Of a stretch of DNA of 25,552 nucleotides, positions 17,304 to 24,055 are shown piece after piece. Each line of letters opens with the position of its first letter. Positions within the stretch are counted from its first letter, which is position 1. The position numbers were made by a program, and so were the translations under genes. Location: the NCBI GenBank assembly GCA_035686805.1, contig DASRZD010000382.1, positions 1 through 25,552 on the forward strand, given 5' to 3'. A model generated the notes under the pieces. It was not told where the DNA came from. It ran no database searches and saw nothing but the letters and a program-made list of their open reading frames with translations. Source of the DNA: Armatimonadota bacterium (lineage in GTDB: Bacteria; Armatimonadota; UBA5829; DTJY01).

Positions 17304-18194
17304 CTACTCCTGGACGACGGCTTCCTCTACCTTCGTCCCTCGGATGACCATGACCGTCTTTTCCTTAGGCAACTCCAGCCCCCCGCCAGTGCTGGAAACA
17401 GCCGGAATAAAGGGAGCGATGGTAGTTGTCGCTGCCGGCCGCGCCGGCTGGTTTGGATAAGGATTATATGCCGCTGTCTGCTGCTGAGGCGCATCTGGCG
17501 GCACCGAGCCGATAAGTGACCGGCCGGTCACTCCGCGTGTGGCCACAAACGACACGTCGTCGGGCCGGCGGAGGGTGAGCCTGAGCTTGCCCTTGGATTC
17601 TGCCAATATCAGTTTCTCGGCGTCAGTCGGCATGACTGCCAGCGTCGCGTTGGGCTGGGTTACCGGCTTGTCGCCCTTCTTCCCCTCTGCGGCCACTATT
17701 TCGGCGCCGGCGGCGAGCAGTAACACATTCTGCAAGACCGTCTTTGTTACCGTGCCGTTGTTGACATTGAAGGTGGCGACTACATCCACATGGTCGCCCG
17801 GCTTCAGGAAACCGCCAACACCGATGATGGGATCGAGGGCAACAGTAACCGCACGCATGAATGGCGGGACGATGTTAGGGAAGCCCCCTTGCACGATACC
17901 ACTGAGTACTATGGGATCGCCAGGGCCAAACCGGTCATTCGCAACCCTGCCGACAACCTTCTCGGTGGCTGTCGCGGCGCCGGTCTGCGCAGCGTCCCTT
18001 GGTACGCTGGCAACCCGCAGCATTTCCTCAGAGATCACCGTGCCTCTGGGAATCTCTTTCTCAGCAACTACTATTGGGGTATTCAGGCGTGCCATTCGTT
18101 CCTGTTTTGCCATGTAATAGTAAACCAGGAACGCCGTCACTGCCGCCAATACAAGTGCCAAGGCAAGTACCTTCCCTTTTGTAATCTGTCTCAT
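17304..18194 (-). CDS. cpaB: CpaB/RcpC Flp pilus assembly protein (SAF domain)
   Basis: An N-terminal TM anchor (VLALALVLAAVTAFLVYYY) is followed by SAF/RcpC-type domains. Position is between tadG/tadE and cpaC. Confidence 0.9.
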   Translation of the reverse strand: MRQITKGKVLALALVLAAVTAFLVYYYMAKQERMARLNTPIVVAEKEIPRGTVISEEMLRVASVPRDAAQTGAATATEKVVGRVANDRFGPGDPIVLSGIVQGGFPNIVPPFMRAVTVALDPIIGVGGFLKPGDHVDVVATFNVNNGTVTKTVLQNVLLLAAGAEIVAAEGKKGDKPVTQPNATLAVMPTDAEKLILAESKGKLRLTLRRPDDVSFVATRGVTGRSLIGSVPPDAPQQQTAAYNPYPNQPARPAATTTIAPFIPAVSSTGGGLELPKEKTVMVIRGTKVEEAVVQE

Positions 18195-18231
18195 AAAACC
18201 CTAACCTCCTTTTAGGAACTGCGATGAGACC

Positions 18232-19461
18232 CTATGATATCAAGTACAGGTCACGAACGGAGTCTTTCCCGACGAGCTCCGTACCTTCAAATACCCATCC
18301 AACGCTTGCGCTTCCCGAAGTGATAGCCTGAATAAATCGGCCTTGTATTTGTCCTATTCCGTGAATAGGGCTTCCACTCGCCGGATCAATCTCTCCTGAC
18401 ACTCCGTCCCAAACTCTCTCCACAAAGAAAGCAGCAAATCCCAATACCTGGGTCTCCGATTGGCCGGCAAGTCCTTCAGGATCTATTATCGGCAGAATGA
18501 GGATCCGGTTACTGCCCGGATGCAAGCCATAAGCATTTACCGTGGACTCCCAGGTACTCCAGGCGGTGGGATTGTACGCTGTCCGGTAGTACTCGTCATA
18601 GCCATCGCCGTCGGCATCTAAGTGAGAGGCCTGGAATCGTGTGTCTGGCTCAAGCAAAATCCGCCCCGGCTCCTTTACACTTCCATCGGGATGAAACTCA
18701 CCAACGAGAGCCTTATATGTACTGCTCTGGCCCGTGCCACTTCCACCGGAACCTCCTGGCTGTGTGGAGATCGTGTCTCCAACGGAGATGGGGGTAGGGT
18801 CGGATTGCATACGCAGCCTGTCCACGTAATCGGCCATGCCGCTGTCGTTGCCAAGCCTGAGCATGAGCCAGTTGCCTGGATCATTTGCCATTGAATCCTG
18901 CCATTGCTCGACCGGACCAACGTCATACGGTTGTCCCTGGCTGCATCCTTCTATTGCCGGTGTCACCCCTAAGGGATCTACAAAATACATCGTTTGCGCC
19001 GGACCGAGAAGAGCGGTTGCCGATGCATGCACGTCCTTTGACACCAAGCCGAATATCCGGGCGAAGGCATAGTCTACATGGACGTAGCCGGTTACTTTGA
19101 TCGCGTCTCCCAGATCACAAGTGGCTGTTGTTCCGTTGTCGAACGTTACTGTCGTTGGAAACTCGACGGTAAATCCGTTCACTTGCCAGGAGGGCACTTC
19201 GGTGTTGTTCGCGCTCCTGCAATCTGTTGCGGCTTTCGTCGGCTTCCCATTCGCCCACGTGCATGATTCATCACCTGTCAGATGACGGCCGCCGGCCAGG
19301 GCGGCGGCATCACAAACGTTCTGCGCCCGCTGTCGGGCCAGATACAGTTGACCAACATCAATTGCCAGTGCGGCCATGCCCAGAAGCACTACCATGAGAA
19401 TGACCGAGAGGACCAGAACGGCCCCGCATTCGTTTTGAACTGCTTTTCTCAAGTTTTGCAT
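18232..19461 (-). CDS. tadG: TadG-like minor pseudopilin / Tad-associated protein (TadG N-terminal domain)
   Basis: The N-terminus GAVLVLSVILMVVLLGMAALAIDVGQLYLARQRAQNVCDAAALAG matches the TadG-N signature (AVxxALxLxxLLgfaALAIDvGxlyxaRxxLQnAaDAAALAG). Confidence 0.75.
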   Translation of the reverse strand: MQNLRKAVQNECGAVLVLSVILMVVLLGMAALAIDVGQLYLARQRAQNVCDAAALAGGRHLTGDESCTWANGKPTKAATDCRSANNTEVPSWQVNGFTVEFPTTVTFDNGTTATCDLGDAIKVTGYVHVDYAFARIFGLVSKDVHASATALLGPAQTMYFVDPLGVTPAIEGCSQGQPYDVGPVEQWQDSMANDPGNWLMLRLGNDSGMADYVDRLRMQSDPTPISVGDTISTQPGGSGGSGTGQSSTYKALVGEFHPDGSVKEPGRILLEPDTRFQASHLDADGDGYDEYYRTAYNPTAWSTWESTVNAYGLHPGSNRILILPIIDPEGLAGQSETQVLGFAAFFVERVWDGVSGEIDPASGSPIHGIGQIQGRFIQAITSGSASVGWVFEGTELVGKDSVRDLYLIS

Positions 19462-19479
19462 CTCCAGACCGCTCCTTTC

Positions 19480-19959
19480 TTATGTGGCGGGAGGCGGCAT
19501 GCCTTCCCTTCTCCATACCATGTTACCTGATAGCATTATAGTGCTTCCAAGGCCGAAAAACGAGCCTGTAATCGTCGGATGGGGATAGGTGACTTTCACC
19601 CTCAACTGAACTTCCTTGCCTTCGATACTTGCGTCGCCAGCGGCCGGCAACCCACTCGTCCAGTTTCCCCAGTTTCCATTTGGAGCCTGAACCCTGTACC
19701 AGGCGGCGACCGTCATTGCATCTATCTGGTCCTGGCTGAAGCCGGGTGCGCTGTTCCTCACCCTCTCAGTGACCGCATTTATATCGCCTCTAAGGGACGC
19801 GCACCTTGCTCCCTCTCTGGCCGCCTGACTCACAGTAAGATAGTCCTTGATGATAAGGCCGAACTCTATGATGCCAAAGAGCAGAGTGAAAAGAAGGAGC
19901 ACAACAATCGCGAACTCAACGAGGGCTGCTCCGCGCTGATTGCGTATGATTGTTCTCAC
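19480..19959 (-). CDS. tadE: TadE/TadF-like pseudopilin
   Basis: Start re-set to GTG 19957-19959, preceded by GAAGGAGGAGGTGA (revcomp of 19962-19975). This gives VRTIIRNQRGAALVEFAIVVLLLFTLLFGIIEFG, the TadE signature. The track ATG at 20013 would lie inside the flp gene. Confidence 0.8.
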   Translation of the reverse strand: MRTIIRNQRGAALVEFAIVVLLLFTLLFGIIEFGLIIKDYLTVSQAAREGARCASLRGDINAVTERVRNSAPGFSQDQIDAMTVAAWYRVQAPNGNWGNWTSGLPAAGDASIEGKEVQLRVKVTYPHPTITGSFFGLGSTIMLSGNMVWRREGMPPPAT

Positions 19960-19990
19960 GGCACTCACCTCCTCCTTCAGGTACCGCCTA

Positions 19991-20167
19991 TCAATTAAAC
20001 CCATCCCTGGCATCAGTAAAGTAACCGTTCACCTTCAAGCCGATTATCGAGACTGCCAGCGCACAGACGGCGGCGATGAAGCCCGCCATTATCGCGTATT
20101 CGACCATGGTTGCCCCGGATTCGTCTCGGAGCAACTCCCTTACTAATCGGCATATTCTTTCGCTCAC
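19991..20167 (-). CDS. flp: Flp-family type IVb prepilin (58 aa), copy 1
   Basis: Hand translation of the minus strand gives GTG(20165-20167)-MSERICRLVRELLRDESG|ATMVEYAIMAGFIAAVCALAVSIIGLKVNGYFTDARDGFN-TGA(19991-19993). The Flp cleavage and processing motif G/ATxxEY is followed by a hydrophobic helix. It lies between the prepilin peptidase and tadE. It is below the 60-aa threshold of the ORF track. Confidence 0.75.
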   Translation of the reverse strand: MSERICRLVRELLRDESGATMVEYAIMAGFIAAVCALAVSIIGLKVNGYFTDARDGFN

Positions 20168-20194
20168 TGCCTGTGTACCCCCTGCAATCCCACA

Positions 20195-20719
20195 CTACTG
20201 CTTGAGCAGCAGGACCAAAAGTGTCCCCAAGGCTATCGCCGGGCTATAGCGAACCTTCATCCCTTTTGAACCACTCGAGAGCTCTGTCGGCACTCTCAGG
20301 GCCAAACTAAGATACAGGTTTGTCGCCAAGTTTTTTGTTGTCGAAAGCATTGCCCGGTACCTGGCCATCATGACCAGCGCTAAGACGCCGCCAATCACGG
20401 CGGAAAACAGCATGCTCCACACTGCAAGCTTGAAGCCCACAAGTGAAGCCACAGCCATCATAAGCTTTGCGTCTCCTCCACCCACCCCTGCTTTTGGAGC
20501 AAGTATCAGGTACAAAGCCAACACCAATCCGATTCCTGCCAGGCTCTGCAGCAGTCCCGAAATGCCGCCGCCGGCAAAGCCGAGCGCCAAGCCTGCGGCA
20601 ATACATGGAAGGGTAAGCTTGTTATATATCTTGCCGTATCGCAGATCCGTGTAGAGCGCAACGCCTAACAGAACTGTCAATACCGCCAGAACGATCGTAT
20701 GTATTGTCGGCAACAACAT
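20195..20719 (-). CDS. tadV: Prepilin peptidase CpaA/TadV (A24 aspartic peptidase, N-methylase-less type)
   Basis: Both catalytic Asp motifs are present: ...YTDLRYGKIYNKLTLP... and GGGDAKLMMA. 174 aa with 5-6 TM segments. Confidence 0.9.
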   Translation of the reverse strand: MLLPTIHTIVLAVLTVLLGVALYTDLRYGKIYNKLTLPCIAAGLALGFAGGGISGLLQSLAGIGLVLALYLILAPKAGVGGGDAKLMMAVASLVGFKLAVWSMLFSAVIGGVLALVMMARYRAMLSTTKNLATNLYLSLALRVPTELSSGSKGMKVRYSPAIALGTLLVLLLKQ

Positions 20720-20785
20720 TTTCCAATGATGATTCGGTCCTGCGCCTTGGAAACCAGGGCGCAGAACCGAACCGGAAGGAGCGCC

Positions 20786-20962
20786 CTATGGCGCGGCAGG
20801 TGCGAGGCTATCGTCGACCTCCTGGAACTTGCCTTTCGCACTCTGACCGATTTTTCCTACCACCGCGATGCAGACCACCGCGATCAACGCCAGCATGAGC
20901 GCGTATTCGACCATAGTTGCCCCTTCCTCATCCTTGATCAGGCCCTTGATCCTCTCTATCAT
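20786..20962 (-). CDS. flp: Flp-family type IVb prepilin (58 aa), copy 2
   Basis: ATG(20960-20962)-MIERIKGLIKDEEG|ATMVEYALMLALIAVVCIAVVGKIGQSAKGKFQEVDDSLAPAAP-TAG(20786-20788). RBS GAGAGGAGGTGA lies 6 nt upstream. It shares the 15-nt stretch ATGGTCGAATACGCG with copy 1. It is not in the ORF track. Confidence 0.8.
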   Translation of the reverse strand: MIERIKGLIKDEEGATMVEYALMLALIAVVCIAVVGKIGQSAKGKFQEVDDSLAPAAP

Positions 20963-21024
20963 TATCGCTCACCTCCTCTCTGAATTACAGTGCTCTCCCT
21001 GATCTGTATAGCAAGCAAGGGTTT

Positions 21025-21045
21025 GGGAGCTAGAACCTCGCTCCC
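21025..21045 (-). terminator. Hairpin GGGAGC-N9-GCTCCC straddling the OMP stop codon. Possible partial terminator or attenuator between the OMP gene and the Tad locus.
   Basis: 6-bp perfect arms at 21025-21030 and 21040-21045. On the minus-strand RNA it is followed by AAACCCUUGCUUGCUAUAC, which lacks a strong U-run. Confidence 0.25.
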
Positions 21046-21881
21046 AAAGTGAAAGTGACGCCCTTGAAATCCCTGTGTCGGGCATCAATATAACCTAACT
21101 GAGCTGAGCGGCCGCGCTTATTCTCATACCCCAGGGCGGCCTGCCAGCCTATGGTAGTGCTATGCACCGTCTCATCCGATACGGCGGGAATAGCACGCCG
21201 ATCATTGGCAATGAATGCGCCCGCGCCTACTTTTCCGTACCAGCCCTTCTTCGCATCCTCGGACATCCTGAACTTGACGTCCACGGTTACGGGGATCATC
21301 TGGAGATTACGCAGGCCGGTGACCAGGCCGACAGGGAATGTGCCACGCTTCCTGTAGTGGGCCACCCCCAGGCTGACTTCGGTTGATTCGGACTTGCACA
21401 GCCTGTAGTTCAACTGCAAAGCAGGCCAAGCCTGGTCGGTCTCTTCACTCAGCTCATCGCTGCTCGGGAAAAACACGCCTGCCTGCAGGCTAAGTGGATT
21501 CGGCCCCTTGGGACCTAAGGTCACGGCCTTATACCCGGGCTCCTTATCCCTATCCGCAACTGCCACGTTTGTTGCTTCCACATAGGCCCCTATGGGTATG
21601 AAAGCCTTCTTGTCAAGCATGGTAAAGCTCGCCTTCGCGACATAGGGAGCGTCCGGCGTGGCCTCCAGAATCTTGGCCCGGGCGACCACTTCGCTGCCGG
21701 GAACGAGCATTACGTTGAAAACCATGCCTTTTTGGGCTGCTGAAGGAAAGCCGAGCCAGAGGGCGTCAGATCCTCTGTCCACGACCAATCCACGCAGCGG
21801 CTCCTGGGCTGCCAGGGGCATAGACAGCAAGACGGCGAGGACTAAGAATAACGCCGCGAAAACACTAATCCTTGTGTGCAT
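21030..21881 (-). CDS. Outer-membrane beta-barrel protein (OmpA-N/OmpW-like porin fold) with C-terminal Phe
   Basis: RBS AGGAGGAA lies 3 nt before the ATG at 21879-21881. The signal peptide is MHTRISVFAALFLVLAVLLSMPLAAQEP. The C-terminus ...FTLGARF is an OMP beta-signal. The body alternates hydrophobic residues. Confidence 0.8.
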   Translation of the reverse strand: MHTRISVFAALFLVLAVLLSMPLAAQEPLRGLVVDRGSDALWLGFPSAAQKGMVFNVMLVPGSEVVARAKILEATPDAPYVAKASFTMLDKKAFIPIGAYVEATNVAVADRDKEPGYKAVTLGPKGPNPLSLQAGVFFPSSDELSEETDQAWPALQLNYRLCKSESTEVSLGVAHYRKRGTFPVGLVTGLRNLQMIPVTVDVKFRMSEDAKKGWYGKVGAGAFIANDRRAIPAVSDETVHSTTIGWQAALGYENKRGRSAQLGYIDARHRDFKGVTFTLGARF

Positions 21882-22070
21882 GGGTTCCTCCTGCCCAAGT
21901 CCGTTTCACGAGCAAATGCCCGTTTGTTCGATAGTACCATAACCTGACACAAGCCTAAACATCCCATAGCCAAAAAACGCTTGGGATGCTTGCCCATGCT
22001 TACTTAGACGTCCCGGCGCAAGCTGTAAGAGGGCATAATGAAGCCTGCGCTTGTCACATGCTTAAGGTAG

Positions 22071-22099
22071 ATTATAACCGGTTTTCACCGCCTTGTCAA
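22071..22099 (-). promoter_or_regulatory. Perfect-consensus sigma70 promoter TTGACA-N17-TATAAT, about 183 nt upstream of the OMP gene
   Basis: On the minus strand, TTGACA is the revcomp of 22094-22099, the spacer is exactly 17 nt, and TATAAT is the revcomp of 22071-22076. The predicted TSS is near 22064, giving a leader of about 180 nt. Confidence 0.55.
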
Positions 22100-22137
22100 C
22101 AGTTAGACGGAAAACAGGCAAAAATGCCGGCAAGCGC

Positions 22138-23364
22138 CTATACTCCTGCAACCTCGAAAACCGCTCCCGAAGTGAGCGTGCCTGCGCACCTCAACAACTC
22201 GGTAGAGCCATCTTCCGCATACACGACGAAATCACCCTTGACCTCTTTGTCTTTCGGAACTGCGATTATCTGACGATCAGGCCCAAGAGCGGCCGCCGGC
22301 TCGTAGCGCGTGCCGTCATCTGCAATGAATGCGACTTTCTTCTGAAGCCACCGTGCGAATATCCGATTTCTATCCAGGCTGGGGACTTCCCCTGCCCCAT
22401 AGAGAAATCCAAGAACCCGCTGATCCTTCACCACCCAACCGACGGCAACGATATAGCGGTCTTTGTCCCCCAGGTTTGCAGCAAGCTCTCTTGCCGAGTT
22501 GAAATGAATTCCATCATTCGAGAGGCTGTACCAGAGTTTCTGCGTGTTCATGTGGAGGCCCATGAGGTAGTAGACCTCGCCAGCGACCTGGAGCTTCTTC
22601 ACGTCATTCACGACCGAGCCCATTTCCAAGACCGGCCCTTCGAACCGGAAGTGCTTGCCGTCCTCGGAGGTCGCCCGGTAGACTTTGCCGAAGTCGTGGA
22701 AGTTGTTGAAGTAGAGGCGATAATGCCCATCCTCGTACAAGAGGACGTTCATGCCATTGATGTCGGCGTCGGGATAAGGCGGATATCGCTCAATCGAGAT
22801 GATATCCGCCTTCCTGGCAGGATACGGCGCTCGCCGGCCGTTCCAGTATCTGCCGTCGGGACTGGTGAAGAGGGCCGGCTTATTCTGATCTCGGGAGTCG
22901 GGGTAGACCGTGCACATAAGGCGATATTCGCCGGTCGGCAGGCGGATGGCGCTCACATTGCAGCAATGGACGAACTCCCCATGCTCGATCTCTATTCGGC
23001 GATCGTCGAAATCAATGAAATCGCGAGTAGTTACCGAGTAGATCCGATCATTTCCGGTCGGCACACCATCCCAAGCGCCATAGAAGAGACGCCAGCCGTC
23101 TTCCGTCTGGACTGCCGAAGGAGCGTAGATATTGCGAAAGACACCTGACTTTCTCGGCTCGATGATCGGGGAGCGGACGTCGGGAACGAAGTTGAGGCCG
23201 CCCTTCTGCCAGAGATGGGGGTTGAAATCACCAGCGCCGACGCCGTGGATCTCGACGGTGCCGAGTTCCGCCTGACCTGGAATCTGCCGGATCTCCATCG
23301 TGGAGCTAGCCACGCAGGCCACACCTGCCATGAGACTTAGAATCGCAATCCATGCTATTCTCAT
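22138..23364 (-). CDS. Secreted beta-propeller glycoside-hydrolase-like protein (GH43/GH32/GH130-type five-bladed propeller fold, tentative)
   Basis: The signal peptide is MRIAWIAILSLMAGVACVASS. Recurrent blade-like motifs are present (WRLFYGAWDG, YRLMCTVYPD, DGHYRLYFNNF, GEVYYLMGLH, YIVAVGWVVKD). The 351-aa antisense ORF on the plus strand is low-complexity. Family and substrate are not determinable by eye. Confidence 0.7.
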   Translation of the reverse strand: MRIAWIAILSLMAGVACVASSTMEIRQIPGQAELGTVEIHGVGAGDFNPHLWQKGGLNFVPDVRSPIIEPRKSGVFRNIYAPSAVQTEDGWRLFYGAWDGVPTGNDRIYSVTTRDFIDFDDRRIEIEHGEFVHCCNVSAIRLPTGEYRLMCTVYPDSRDQNKPALFTSPDGRYWNGRRAPYPARKADIISIERYPPYPDADINGMNVLLYEDGHYRLYFNNFHDFGKVYRATSEDGKHFRFEGPVLEMGSVVNDVKKLQVAGEVYYLMGLHMNTQKLWYSLSNDGIHFNSARELAANLGDKDRYIVAVGWVVKDQRVLGFLYGAGEVPSLDRNRIFARWLQKKVAFIADDGTRYEPAAALGPDRQIIAVPKDKEVKGDFVVYAEDGSTELLRCAGTLTSGAVFEVAGV

Positions 23365-23387
23365 TGGGTACCAAGCAAAGCGTCGTG

Positions 23388-23416
23388 ATTATACCTTGCG
23401 CTCGGCTGGGTGTCAA
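23388..23416 (-). promoter_or_regulatory. Perfect-consensus sigma70 promoter TTGACA-N17-TATAAT for the glycoside-hydrolase-like gene
   Basis: On the minus strand, TTGACA is the revcomp of 23411-23416, the spacer is 17 nt, and TATAAT is the revcomp of 23388-23393. The predicted TSS is about 23381, 17 nt before the ATG at 23364. Confidence 0.55.
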
Positions 23417-23462
23417 GCGTATATTTGGATTAAAGATCTGATTTTCAGGATAAGAGGGAAAC

Positions 23463-23978
23463 ATGAAATACTTCTGTTTGGTGATACTGATGGCGTTGGC
23501 GGTTCAGGCGGAGAGTGCAATTCAGGTGACCAGTACTGCATTTCACGAGGGAAGCCTCATCCCGGCGAAGTACACGTGTGACGGGGAGAATATCTCTCCG
23601 CCGCTGGCATGGACCTCAGTACCTCGGGGCACTAAGAGCCTGGCGTTGATCGCAGATGACCCGGATGCGCCGATGGGGACTTTCGTCCATTGGGTGATGT
23701 ACGACATCCCGGCGACTGAGCGGAAGCTTGGAGAGAACATCCCTCGAGAGAAGACCCTCACGAACGGCACGAGGCAGGGCGTAAACGGGTCAAAGAAGAT
23801 CGGCTACACCGGCCCTTGCCCGCCGAGCGGGACGCACAGATACTACTTCAAGCTCTATGCCCTGGACAAGATGCTCGAACTGCAGCCCGGCGCGACGAAG
23901 CAGCAAGTGCTTGCTGCCATGAAAGGGCACGTCCTCGGCCAGGGGCAGATCATGGGACGGTACAAGAAGAAAGGCTAG
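23463..23978 (+). CDS. YbhB/YbcL-family PEBP (Raf-kinase-inhibitor-like) periplasmic protein
   Basis: Hand-verified frame from 23463 to TAG 23976-23978. A signal peptide is present. PEBP signature residues include DPDAP...HW...Y...GPCPPSGTHRYYFKLYAL. RBS GAGGG lies 7 nt upstream. Confidence 0.9.
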   Translation: MKYFCLVILMALAVQAESAIQVTSTAFHEGSLIPAKYTCDGENISPPLAWTSVPRGTKSLALIADDPDAPMGTFVHWVMYDIPATERKLGENIPREKTLTNGTRQGVNGSKKIGYTGPCPPSGTHRYYFKLYALDKMLELQPGATKQQVLAAMKGHVLGQGQIMGRYKKKG

Positions 23979-24050
23979 GTTTTGGGTTATAGGTTCTAGG
24001 TTATAGGGGGGAGAGCCCCAAAAACCCAAAACCCAAAACCAAAGACCCCC
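23978..24050. terminator. Structured 77-nt spacer between convergent genes, likely a bidirectional terminator. It has nested hairpins plus a (T4G3)n telomere-like run on the minus strand that could form a G-quadruplex.
   Basis: The outer stem GGTTTTGGGTT (23978-23988) is complementary to AACCCAAAACC (24023-24033 or 24030-24040). The inner stem pairs GGGG (24008-24011) with CCCC (24016-19) across an AGAG loop. A direct repeat GGTTATAGG occurs twice. The minus strand reads GGGGGtctttGGttttGGGttttGGGtttttGGGG. Confidence 0.4.
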
Positions 24051-24055
24051 ATCCG

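Noticed and set aside
20013-20195. 60-aa track ORF (MWDCRGYTGSERKNMPISKG...) between tadE and tadV
   Set aside because: It occupies the same DNA as the Flp prepilin in another frame. The Flp frame has the RBS, the G/ATMVEY processing motif and a paralog at 20786-20962. The track ORF has none of these.
22093-23148. 351-aa plus-strand ORF opposite the glycoside-hydrolase-like gene
   Set aside because: It would require the perfect consensus promoter at 23388-23416 to serve nothing. The product is Arg-rich and low-complexity. The minus-strand frame, by contrast, has a signal peptide and beta-propeller blade motifs.
23978-24050. T4G3 repeat tract considered as a CRISPR array or a mobile-element terminal repeat
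   Set aside because: There are only three to four irregular units of 7-8 nt with no unique spacers and no flanking transposase or integrase. It is better explained as a structured terminator or G-quadruplex spacer.
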